From contig CAYOCC010000007.1 of the NCBI GenBank assembly GCA_964402375.1, positions 8,238 to 72,237 of the forward strand: a stretch of 64,000 nucleotides of DNA. The letters run 5' to 3'. Of the stretch, positions 28,713-37,623 are shown piece after piece. Every line of letters starts with the position of its first letter. Position 1 is the first letter of the stretch. A program made the position numbers and the translations under genes. Source of the DNA: an uncultured Flavobacterium sp. (GTDB taxonomy: Bacteria > Bacteroidota > Bacteroidia > Flavobacteriales > Flavobacteriaceae). The notes beneath the pieces were generated by a model, which was not told where the DNA came from, made no database searches, and was given only the letters and a program-made list of their open reading frames with translations.

Positions 28713-29330
28713 ACCATCTCGGATAGGTAATAAAACGGTTTCTACACGAGAATCTTCATTAATAATTTTATTATAATCTAGTAAAATTTGCGTGCTTTTG
28801 TCGTTAGTTTTTACTTCTTCTAAAACCTTTCCGCTCCACAAAACGTTATCAGATAAAATTATACCACCTTTGTTCATCAAAGGTACAATTAAATGAAAAT
28901 AATTAATGTAATTTTCTTTATCTGCATCAATAAAAACCAAATCGAATTTTTTATTTATAGTTGGAATAATTTCAATGGCATCGCCAATATGTTGCACAAT
29001 TTGATGAGAATATTTGGATAAATTAAAATATTTTTTTTGAATTTCTTCTAACTCTTCATTTATATCAATGGTATCTAATGTACCGTTTTCTTGCAAACCC
29101 TCTGCCAAACATAAAGCTGCGTAACCGGTATAGGTTCCAATTTCTAAAATAGCTTTCGGATTAATTATTTTAGACAACATACTCAAAACCCTACCTTGAA
29201 AATGGCCACTTAACATTCGTGGTTGCAAAATTTTTTGGTGTGTTTCTTTGCTCAATCGCACCAATAATTCTGGTTCTTGCTGGGAATGATTGGCAACGTA
29301 ATTTTCTAAATCTTCTGATATAAAGTGCAT
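28689..29330 (-). CDS. O-methyltransferase (family 3, CCoAOMT-like)
   Basis: LEIGTYTGY, FIDADK, DNVLW, RDGL. Start moved from 29381 to ATG 29330 (MHFISE) because a TACTTTTG promoter lies at 29352-29359. Confidence 0.88.
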   Translation of the reverse strand: MHFISEDLENYVANHSQQEPELLVRLSKETHQKILQPRMLSGHFQGRVLSMLSKIINPKAILEIGTYTGYAALCLAEGLQENGTLDTIDINEELEEIQKKYFNLSKYSHQIVQHIGDAIEIIPTINKKFDLVFIDADKENYINYFHLIVPLMNKGGIILSDNVLWSGKVLEEVKTNDKSTQILLDYNKIINEDSRVETVLLPIRDGLTVTRVL

Positions 29331-29477
29331 AACTGTTTTAAATTTCAAGTACAAAAGTACAAATTCAATTGTTTTAAACACAGATTAAAGAAATTTCTAA
29401 AATTAATATAATCAGCGTTGCATTAAATTGGCATATTGAAAATTGATTAATTGGCACATTAGTAGTACTTTTGCCAC

Positions 29478-30518
29478 ATGCAACAAGAAAAAAAAGACAT
29501 ACGCGCTTTATCCAAAGAGCAATTAAGAGATTTCTTTGTTAGTAACGGCGACAAAGCCTTTCGTGGCAATCAAATTTACGAATGGTTGTGGAGTAAAAGT
29601 GCGCATTCCTTTGAAAGTATGACCAATGTTTCGAAAGAAACTCGCAGTATGTTAGAAGCCAATTTCGTAATTAATCATGTAAAAGTGGATACGATGCAAC
29701 GCAGTGAAGACGGAACAGTCAAAAATGCAGTGCGTTTACACGATGATTTAATTGTTGAAAGCGTACTTATTCCAACCAAAACCAGAACAACTGCTTGTGT
29801 TTCGAGTCAAGTTGGTTGCAGTTTAGATTGTAATTTTTGCGCTACTGCCCGATTAAAACGAATGAGAAACCTTACACCTGGTGAAATTTACGATCAAGTG
29901 GTAGCGATAGATAATGAAAGTAAATTGTATTATGACAGACCTCTTTCAAATATTGTTTTTATGGGAATGGGCGAACCTTTGATGAATTACCCAAACGTAA
30001 TGAAAGCGATTGACATGATTACATCAAACGAAGGTTTAGGGATGTCGCCAAAACGAATAACGGTTTCTACTTCTGGGGTTTCTAAAATGATTAAAAAAAT
30101 GGCTGATGATGAAGTCAAATTTAACTTAGCGGTTTCTTTACATTCGGCTATTGAAGCGACTAGAAACGAGATTATGCCGTTTACTAAAAACTTCCCATTA
30201 ACCGAATTACGTGAAGCATTAGAATATTGGTACGCCAAAACTAAAAGCAAAATTACTTATGAATACGTAGTTTGGAAAGATATAAATGACAACAAAGTTT
30301 CTATTGATGCCTTGGTAAAATTTTGTAAATATGTTCCGTGTAAAGTCAACTTAATTGAGTACAACGCTATTGATGATGGCGATTTTCAACAAGCCAGCGA
30401 ACAAGCTATAAAAGAATATATTACCGCTTTAGAAAAAAACAATATTATAGTAAAAGTCAGAAAAAGCAGAGGAAAAGATATAGATGCAGCTTGCGGTCAA
30501 CTTGCTAATAAATCATAA
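29478..30518 (+). CDS. rlmN: 23S rRNA m2A2503 methyltransferase RlmN
   Basis: CSLDCNFC radical-SAM motif, MGMGEP, DIDAACGQL. Confidence 0.96.
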   Translation: MQQEKKDIRALSKEQLRDFFVSNGDKAFRGNQIYEWLWSKSAHSFESMTNVSKETRSMLEANFVINHVKVDTMQRSEDGTVKNAVRLHDDLIVESVLIPTKTRTTACVSSQVGCSLDCNFCATARLKRMRNLTPGEIYDQVVAIDNESKLYYDRPLSNIVFMGMGEPLMNYPNVMKAIDMITSNEGLGMSPKRITVSTSGVSKMIKKMADDEVKFNLAVSLHSAIEATRNEIMPFTKNFPLTELREALEYWYAKTKSKITYEYVVWKDINDNKVSIDALVKFCKYVPCKVNLIEYNAIDDGDFQQASEQAIKEYITALEKNNIIVKVRKSRGKDIDAACGQLANKS

Positions 30519-30550
30519 AAAAAGAGAAGCAAATGCTTCTCTTTTTTTTT
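30517..30550. terminator. Bidirectional intrinsic terminator
   Basis: A7-GAGAAGCA-AA-TGCTTCTC-T9 between convergent genes. Confidence 0.85.
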
Positions 30551-30568
30551 ATTATTAAATGCTATCAA

Positions 30569-31456
30569 TTAATTACCAATTGTAATTGTATAAGAAACTC
30601 CGTTGATTGTAAATACAGCTGTGTTATCACAATCTCCATTTCCGTAATCTAAAGTAGCGGTTACTCCATTTTTAACAAAAGTAATTACTCCTAATACCAA
30701 TAAAGGTTTATTTACAACCAAACAACTCATTCTCGCTCTTAAAGGCGTAGTAATTGTTGCAGTTTGTATGGTTCCGTTTGGATGTGTAGTAGTCCAATTT
30801 CCAGTAATTTTATAAATATTATCTGCGAAAATTTGAGTTGTGTTAAATCCTTCTACCAATTCTCTTGTTCTTGTTCCTACACGTGTGTAAACATCTCCGT
30901 TTGGCATCGTAATGGTCATATCTAATAGCATTACTACGATAGGATGTGGAGCAGATGTTGCAGTTGCAGCTGTTAAAGAACGAGTAAATGTTTTTGTACC
31001 AACAAATTTAATGTTGTTGTGATAAAAATTATCAAATGTATAAGTTACCGTATGTGAAACCGCTGTTGGCTGGTAAACGAAACTAATAATAATTTTCCCT
31101 TTAACAATGTTTCCATTATTTAATTGACATCCTGTAGTTCCAAAATTAATGGTTTTTGTTACTTGAGTTCCTGGAGTGATAACCGTTCCAAATGCTGGTA
31201 CTCTTGTAATAGTAGCGCAGTTTGAAAACACGGCGTTATCATTGTTTGTACCTCTATAAGAAATAGTACTTCCATCAACATTGTCAAATAATTGATCTGT
31301 AATATTTGATATGTCGTCACTTGCCATATCAATTTTAGCACTTACTAATGCGTCTTCCGAAGTTAACGTATCTACAGTAGTTTCATTCTCTTTCTCACAA
31401 GCAGAAAAAGCAACCAATAATAAAACTGGTAATAAAAATTTAGCTATTTTTTTCAT
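30569..31456 (-). CDS. Uncharacterised beta-rich lipoprotein
   Basis: Start re-assigned to ATG 31456 (MKKIAKFLLPVLLLVAFSA-C), lipobox followed by acidic EKENE; C-terminal LDYGNGDCDN. Confidence 0.8.
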   Translation of the reverse strand: MKKIAKFLLPVLLLVAFSACEKENETTVDTLTSEDALVSAKIDMASDDISNITDQLFDNVDGSTISYRGTNNDNAVFSNCATITRVPAFGTVITPGTQVTKTINFGTTGCQLNNGNIVKGKIIISFVYQPTAVSHTVTYTFDNFYHNNIKFVGTKTFTRSLTAATATSAPHPIVVMLLDMTITMPNGDVYTRVGTRTRELVEGFNTTQIFADNIYKITGNWTTTHPNGTIQTATITTPLRARMSCLVVNKPLLVLGVITFVKNGVTATLDYGNGDCDNTAVFTINGVSYTITIGN

Positions 31457-31559
31457 CTTTAAAAATTTAATGTTCAATAATTTAGACTCAAAGATAACAA
31501 AAAGGTTTAAAGTAAAAAAATATTTTTCTAATCCTTTTATGTGTGGTATCTTTGAAGTA

Positions 31560-32540
31560 ATGAAAATTACCGAGCAAATAAAAGAACCCATAGCTTTCGA
31601 GATGGAACTTTTTGAGAAAAAGTTTCAACTGGCCATGTCTTCAAAAGTCGCCTTATTAAATCGTATTACGCATTATATTGTGAACCGAAAAGGCAAACAA
31701 ATGCGACCAATGTTTGTGTTCTTAACTGCCAAAATGATTTCTGGCGGCACGGTTAATGACAGAACATATAGAGGCGCATCGGTTATAGAGCTTATACACA
31801 CCGCAACTTTAGTACATGACGATGTTGTAGACGACAGTAACAAAAGACGTGGTTTTTTCTCAATAAACGCGCTTTGGAAAAATAAAATTGGGGTATTAGT
31901 TGGTGATTTTTTACTTTCCAAAGGATTATTACTTTCGATAGATAATAACGATTTTGACTTACTAAAAATTATTTCAGTAGCCGTAAAAGAAATGAGTGAA
32001 GGCGAATTACTTCAGATAGAAAAAGCCAGAAAATTAGACATCACAGAAGACATTTATTACGAAATTATTCGGCAAAAAACGGCTACGCTAATAGCTGCTT
32101 GTTGTTCACTAGGAGCTTGTGCGGTGGCGCCTGAAAAAGCAAAAACTATTGAAAAAATGCGCAAATTTGGTGAATTAATTGGAATGGCGTTTCAAATTAA
32201 AGATGATTTATTTGATTATACAGAAGATGCTATCGGAAAACCAACAGGCATTGACATCAAAGAACAAAAAATGACTTTGCCATTAATTCACACCTTAAAC
32301 AATTGCACTTTAAAAGAAAAAAGTTGGATTATCAATTCGATAAAAAATCACAATAAAGATAAAAAACGAGTAAAAGAAGTAATTGCATTTGTTAAAAATC
32401 AAGGTGGTTTAACTTATGCCGAACAAAAAATGGTGCAATTTCAACAAGAAGCACTTCTTCTTATTCAAGATTTTCCTGAATCAATATATAAAGATTCGAT
32501 TATTTTGATGGTAAATTACGTTATTGAAAGAAAGATATAA
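31560..32540 (+). CDS. ispB: Polyprenyl diphosphate synthase (IspB-like)
   Basis: GKQMRP, HDDVVD..RRG (FARM), QIKDDLFD (SARM); start re-assigned to ATG 31560. Confidence 0.9.
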   Translation: MKITEQIKEPIAFEMELFEKKFQLAMSSKVALLNRITHYIVNRKGKQMRPMFVFLTAKMISGGTVNDRTYRGASVIELIHTATLVHDDVVDDSNKRRGFFSINALWKNKIGVLVGDFLLSKGLLLSIDNNDFDLLKIISVAVKEMSEGELLQIEKARKLDITEDIYYEIIRQKTATLIAACCSLGACAVAPEKAKTIEKMRKFGELIGMAFQIKDDLFDYTEDAIGKPTGIDIKEQKMTLPLIHTLNNCTLKEKSWIINSIKNHNKDKKRVKEVIAFVKNQGGLTYAEQKMVQFQQEALLLIQDFPESIYKDSIILMVNYVIERKI

Positions 32541-32588
32541 TTCTAGTTTGCAGTGTTCAGTTATTAGTAATCAGTGAATTTTTTATTT

Positions 32589-32718
32589 GATACAACCAGA
32601 TTAAAACAATAATTGTCTAAACAAATAGAAGCAAAATTGGAATTTGGAATTTGGAATTTTGGGATTTTAATAAAGATACAACCTTTTTTAAATCATTCTC
32701 GTCTATGTTAATAGAAGC
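32589..32718 (+). promoter_or_regulatory. Two tandem ECF-type promoters separated by (TTGGAAT)n repeat
   Basis: GATACAACC-N16-(T/C)GTCTA-N4-AATAGAAGC at 32589-32632 and 32675-32718; heptamer repeat at about 32635-32667. Confidence 0.6.
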
Positions 32719-32765
32719 GTTTAAAATTTGATTTTTGATATTAAAATTGTCATTGACATTAAAAC

Positions 32766-33338
32766 ATGAAAGTAATCGCATTGCATAAAGAAGAACAACA
32801 ACTAATTTGTGAAGCGATTGCCAATAATCGCCAAGCACAACATTTGTTGTACACAAAATATGCATCTAAAATGTTGAGTACTTGCAGACAGTATATAAAA
32901 GACATGCATCATGCAGAAGATGTAATGCTTACTGGCTTTATGAAAATGTTTACCAGTTTGAAGAAATTTGAACATAAAGGCAGTTTTGAAGGTTGGATAA
33001 AACGCATCATGATTCATGAATGTATTGATTATTTAAGAGTAAAGAAAAACAGTTTTAATCATAAAAATATTGAAGACATAGTATATTCAGAAACAGAAGA
33101 CAATTACGAAATGGAAGGTGATTTTTCTGTAGATGACATTCAATTTTTAATTGACAAATTGCCTGAAGGTTACAAAATGGTTTTTAATTTATTTGTGATT
33201 GAAGGTTACAAACACAATGAAATTGCTGAATTATTACATATTTCAGAAGGCACATCAAAATCGCAGTTATCACATGCAAAAAAAATGTTGCAATCTCAAA
33301 TTACAATATTAAAAAATAAAGAAAATGGAACAAGATAA
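32766..33338 (+). CDS. ECF RNA polymerase sigma factor
   Basis: Region 2 (AEDV..GF, FEGWIKRI) and region 4 (LPEGYK.VF.L..IEGY.H.EIA..L.ISEGTSKSQL). Confidence 0.93.
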   Translation: MKVIALHKEEQQLICEAIANNRQAQHLLYTKYASKMLSTCRQYIKDMHHAEDVMLTGFMKMFTSLKKFEHKGSFEGWIKRIMIHECIDYLRVKKNSFNHKNIEDIVYSETEDNYEMEGDFSVDDIQFLIDKLPEGYKMVFNLFVIEGYKHNEIAELLHISEGTSKSQLSHAKKMLQSQITILKNKENGTR

Positions 33339-34035
33339 TTTTAATAAAAACATACAAGAAAAATTCAATTTACGTACAATTGAACCATCCGAAACAGCTT
33401 GGAACAAATTGGACGCCATGTTGACACTTGCAGCAGAAAAAAAACAACCTAAACGGTTTTTTTGGTTAAGCATTGCGGCTACATTTTTATTATTTTCGGG
33501 TGTTGGATATATTTTCTTTCAAAAAAACGAGAAAACTAAATTAATGCCTTCAACTGAAGAAATTGTTACATCTAAAACAAATTCAGAAACACAAAAACAA
33601 AAACAAAATTTTGAAGAAAGTAGTGTTTCATCTGAAAAAGAATTGGCTAATAACACAATAAAATTTAACGTTTTAGAAACGAAAAAAAGCACTACTATCC
33701 ATACAGCTCAAAAAGAAAATCCTAAATTAGAAATCTATGAAACGGCGTTAATACAACAACAAGAAGTCGTTACTGTAAATGAAATTAAAAAAGAAAGCGC
33801 CAAACAAGAAACTAAAGAAGGAACTTATAATTACACCACGCCAGAATCGCTTTTGGCAGAAGTTCAAGGGCAAAAGATACTTAGTAACACTATTTTATTT
33901 AAATCTTCGCTAAAAGTAAATGCAAACGAATTATTACAAGCCGTAGAATCAGAATTAGATAAAACCTTTAAAGAAAAAACCATCACTAAATTAAAACAAG
34001 CAAAATCAGCATTTGTAAATAGAAATTATAACTAA
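33325..34035 (+). CDS. Putative membrane-bound anti-sigma factor
   Basis: Overlaps ECF gene; PSETAWNKL cytoplasmic motif, single TM (WLSIAA..), low-complexity periplasmic part. Confidence 0.7.
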   Translation: MEQDNFNKNIQEKFNLRTIEPSETAWNKLDAMLTLAAEKKQPKRFFWLSIAATFLLFSGVGYIFFQKNEKTKLMPSTEEIVTSKTNSETQKQKQNFEESSVSSEKELANNTIKFNVLETKKSTTIHTAQKENPKLEIYETALIQQQEVVTVNEIKKESAKQETKEGTYNYTTPESLLAEVQGQKILSNTILFKSSLKVNANELLQAVESELDKTFKEKTITKLKQAKSAFVNRNYN

Positions 34036-34058
34036 CAACTTTTAAAACCCCTTAAATT

Positions 34059-35090
34059 ATGCAAAAAATTATTTTGTACATCAGTATGGCGTTACTAACA
34101 TTGGTAAATAGCGTAGTAGCACAGGAAAAAACATTTGAACAAAAAGCAAAAGAAATTGCTATTCAAATAAAAACTATTGCCGAAGAAGAAAAAAGAGCCT
34201 TAAAAGCTGAAGTAGAAGCCCTGGACAAAGCAGTAGAATTAGGCAAAATGACTAAAGAGGAAGCCGCAAATTCAAAATCTAAAATTGCAGTAGAACGTGC
34301 GAAAAACATTGAAACTAAAATTGCCGAACAAGAAAAAGCCTTACGTGATTTAGTAAATGGAAATGTAAATGAGGAAGAGTCTAATGATAGTTTGAAGGAA
34401 AATAGCTTTAGTTTTAAAATCAAAAACTACGACAAAAACAAGTCAGAAAATAGAACCACAAGTCAGTTTGTATCTGCAGTAGGATACAACAACTTAGTAA
34501 CCAATAATATGGTAGCCAATTCTCAATTTAAATATAACCGTTCAGGCTTTGCAGAATGGGGTGTTACTTGGAATACGCGTTTATCAAACAACAGTAATTT
34601 AATTCATTTAAAATATGGAGTTGGATTTATGTATAATTTTCTTCGCGCAACAGACAACAGAGTTTTTGCTGACATAAATAATCAAACCGTTTTAGTTGAT
34701 GCTGGTGTGGAAACAAAAAGTAACAGAACGTATTTTAGAAACGTATATTTTGTAATACCAATGCATCTGGAATTTGATTTTTCAAAAACTAAAATGGTGG
34801 ATGACAAAAAAATATTCAAATCGCATACAGGAGCGCGTTTTGGAATTGGTGGTTTTGTAGGTGTCAATTCCAACACGAAACAATTTATACAATACGAACA
34901 AGATGGTTATAGAATTAGAGAAAATCAGAAAGGCGATTTCAATGTTAACGATTTCACTTATGGTGTAAGTACTTACATTGGTTACAAACAAACTTCACTA
35001 TATTTAAAATACGACTTAAACCCAATCTTTAAAAACAATCCAGTAGATCAAAACAATATTTCATTAGGTATTCGTTTTGACTGGAATTAA
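34059..35090 (+). CDS. Outer-membrane beta-barrel protein with N-terminal coiled coil
   Basis: Signal peptide, E/K-rich helical N-terminal region, alternating beta-strands ending SLGIRFDWN. Confidence 0.7.
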   Translation: MQKIILYISMALLTLVNSVVAQEKTFEQKAKEIAIQIKTIAEEEKRALKAEVEALDKAVELGKMTKEEAANSKSKIAVERAKNIETKIAEQEKALRDLVNGNVNEEESNDSLKENSFSFKIKNYDKNKSENRTTSQFVSAVGYNNLVTNNMVANSQFKYNRSGFAEWGVTWNTRLSNNSNLIHLKYGVGFMYNFLRATDNRVFADINNQTVLVDAGVETKSNRTYFRNVYFVIPMHLEFDFSKTKMVDDKKIFKSHTGARFGIGGFVGVNSNTKQFIQYEQDGYRIRENQKGDFNVNDFTYGVSTYIGYKQTSLYLKYDLNPIFKNNPVDQNNISLGIRFDWN

Positions 35091-35490
35091 AAAGTAATTT
35101 ATTATGAAATATATAGTAACTCTGTTTGTTTTACTTCTTACAAGTTGTAAGTTTCAGTATATTAGTTTTAATTCTGAATCAAATAAAATGCAAGCCAAAA
35201 TTACTGCAGATAAATATTTGAAAGAATTAAAAAATAAAAATGAAATCGCAAATTTTAATTTTATAAGTGTTGAAAATTCTAAAGTTGTAATGGGAAAAAA
35301 CAATGACACATTAAAAGAAGTCTATTCCCTAATATATGAAATTCAGGAAAGTACTGATGTAAAAAGAAAAATTCTAAATTTAAAAAAAACTAAAAGTAAA
35401 ATAGCTGTTAGTTTAAAAAATATTGATTAACATCTTAAAGTAAATTAAAACAATATTTCATTAGGTATTCGCTTTAATTGGAACTAAAAA
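35050..35490 (+). repeat. 44-bp direct repeats (35050-35093 and 35447-35490) flanking a small gene
   Basis: AAAACAATATTTCATTAGGTATTCG(T/C)TTT(G/A)A(C/T)TGGAA(T/C)TAAAAA, 40/44 identical. Confidence 0.9.
35104..35430 (+). CDS. Small hypothetical lipoprotein
   Basis: MKYIVTLFVLLLTS-C lipobox; very AT-rich; between direct repeats. Confidence 0.65.
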   Translation: MKYIVTLFVLLLTSCKFQYISFNSESNKMQAKITADKYLKELKNKNEIANFNFISVENSKVVMGKNNDTLKEVYSLIYEIQESTDVKRKILNLKKTKSKIAVSLKNID

Positions 35491-35526
35491 AAAGCAAAAA
35501 TTTGAGTTATAAAAATGCTTTTTTCA

Positions 35527-35558
35527 AAACCTACAAGGAAATTTCTTGTAGGTTTTTT
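35527..35558 (+). terminator. Intrinsic terminator of ECF operon
   Basis: AAAACCTACAAG-GAAATTT-CTTGTAGGTTTTTT. Confidence 0.8.
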
Positions 35559-35635
35559 GTTTTAATTTAATAATGTGTATTTTTACGAACTTTGAATTTT
35601 CAAATTACCTCATTTTCAAATTATCACAATATATT

Positions 35636-37615
35636 TTGATATCAAAAGAAACCATAGAAAAAGTATTTGACCAAGCTCGCGTTGAGGAAGTCATTGGCGA
35701 TTTCGTACAACTCAAACGTTCTGGAAGTAATATGAAAGGACTTTCGCCGTTTGTAAACGAAAAATCGCCTTCATTTATGGTGTCGCCAGTGAAACAAATT
35801 TGGAAAGATTTTAGTTCTGGGAAAGGCGGAAATTCAGTTACTTTCTTAATGGAACACGAACATTTTACGTATCCAGAAGCCATAAAATATTTGGCAAATA
35901 AATACGGAATCGAAGTGGAAGAAACCATTGTTTCTAATGAAGATATAGAACAAGCGAACGAAAAAGAAAGCATGTATTTGGTCTCAGAATTTGCTCGAGA
36001 TTATTTTCATAAAACGATGCTCAATACCGATGAAGGACAAGCAATTGGTTTATCCTATTTTAAAGAACGTGGATTTTCAAAAGAGACTATAGAAAAATTT
36101 CAATTAGGATATTCTCCTGATGTTTGGGATGCTTTTACGAAAGAAGCTTTAGGAAAAGCATACAAATTAGAGTATTTAGAAAAAACCGGACTAACCATCG
36201 TAAAACAAGAAGACGGAAAAATATTTGACCGTTTTAAAGGTCGTGTCATGTTTCCTATCCAAAGTATGAGTGGCCGCGTTTTGGGTTTTGGTGGTAGAAT
36301 TTTAACTAACGATAAAAAAGCTGCCAAATATTTAAACTCGCCAGAAAGCGAAATTTATTATAAAAGTAAAGTTTTATACGGCATTTTTCAAGCCAAACAA
36401 GCTATTGCCAAGCAAGATAATTGCTATTTGGTAGAAGGTTATACCGATGTGATTCAGTTCAATCAAAGTGGGATTGAAAATGTTGTTGCTTCTTCTGGAA
36501 CGGCATTAACAGCAGACCAAATTCGTTTGGTAAACCGATTAACCAATAATATCACCGTACTTTTTGATGGTGATGCGGCTGGTTTACGCGCTTCTATACG
36601 TGGTATTGATTTGATTCTGGAAGCTGGAATGAACGTAAAAGTTTGCAGTTTCCCTGACGGAGAAGACCCAGATAGTTTTGCGAAAAACAATTCGTATGAG
36701 GTTTTAAAACAATATTTAGACGAAAATTCGAAAGATTTTATTCAGTTTAAAGCTGATTTATTAGTTAAAGAAGCCAATAACGACCCTATAAAAAAAGCAG
36801 AATTAATTAGAGATATGGTACAAAGTATTTCTAAAATTTCAGACCAAATTAAACGCGAAGTATACATAAAAGAGTGTTCGCGCATTATGGATATTTCGGA
36901 AGATGTATTGTATAATACGCTAGCCCAAATGCTCAAGAAAGATATTTCTGAAGCCAATAAAAAATACACCGAAGAGAAAAAAGCATTTGAAGTTCATAAA
37001 AATAATGCGGACTTTAAACCTGAAAAAATTGATATTTTATACGAGTTAGAACAAAAAATCATTGAAATTTTATTAATTAACGGTTCTAAAACGGATGATT
37101 TTACAGAAACATTTTTATCGATAGACGAAGCTGGAAACAATATAGAAGAAAAAGAAACCAATTCATATAAAGTCTACGAAAAAATATATTTGGCACTTCA
37201 AGAAGATGAAATTGAGTTGTCAAATCCAATGTTTAAAACCATTTACACCGATATTATTAATTATTATAATCAAAATATCGAATTTGAAATTGATAAATAC
37301 ATTTCGCAAACTTCGCCTGAAATAGCCAATAAAATTACTTCAATTTTAATGCTTGAAGAACGAGACATTTTACACAAATGGGAAAGTAGAAAAATTGTAG
37401 TTGAAGCGAAAAATATAAATTTAGCACAAAGTGTTAATGAAACTATTTTATCTTACAGATGGTATTTATTAAATAGCATTATTGAAGAAAATAAAAACAA
37501 AATTACTACAGATATTTCTATCGACAATTCAGAAATTCTAACAACAATCAAAGATTATTTGTCGCTAACTTCTGTAATCGCAAAAAATTTAGGTCGGGTT
37601 TTAGCTCGATTTTAA
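35636..37615 (+). CDS. dnaG: DNA primase
   Basis: DRFKGRVMFPI, KYLNSPE, EGYTDV, FDGDAAG TOPRIM motifs; start re-assigned to TTG 35636 (LISKETI). Confidence 0.95.
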   Translation: MISKETIEKVFDQARVEEVIGDFVQLKRSGSNMKGLSPFVNEKSPSFMVSPVKQIWKDFSSGKGGNSVTFLMEHEHFTYPEAIKYLANKYGIEVEETIVSNEDIEQANEKESMYLVSEFARDYFHKTMLNTDEGQAIGLSYFKERGFSKETIEKFQLGYSPDVWDAFTKEALGKAYKLEYLEKTGLTIVKQEDGKIFDRFKGRVMFPIQSMSGRVLGFGGRILTNDKKAAKYLNSPESEIYYKSKVLYGIFQAKQAIAKQDNCYLVEGYTDVIQFNQSGIENVVASSGTALTADQIRLVNRLTNNITVLFDGDAAGLRASIRGIDLILEAGMNVKVCSFPDGEDPDSFAKNNSYEVLKQYLDENSKDFIQFKADLLVKEANNDPIKKAELIRDMVQSISKISDQIKREVYIKECSRIMDISEDVLYNTLAQMLKKDISEANKKYTEEKKAFEVHKNNADFKPEKIDILYELEQKIIEILLINGSKTDDFTETFLSIDEAGNNIEEKETNSYKVYEKIYLALQEDEIELSNPMFKTIYTDIINYYNQNIEFEIDKYISQTSPEIANKITSILMLEERDILHKWESRKIVVEAKNINLAQSVNETILSYRWYLLNSIIEENKNKITTDISIDNSEILTTIKDYLSLTSVIAKNLGRVLARF

Positions 37616-37623
37616 ATTAAAAT

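Noticed and set aside
30569-32540. Apparent 281-bp overlap of ORFs 30569-31591 and 31311-32540
   Set aside because: Artefact of longest-ORF start choice; probable starts are 31456 (lipoprotein signal) and 31560 (ispB)
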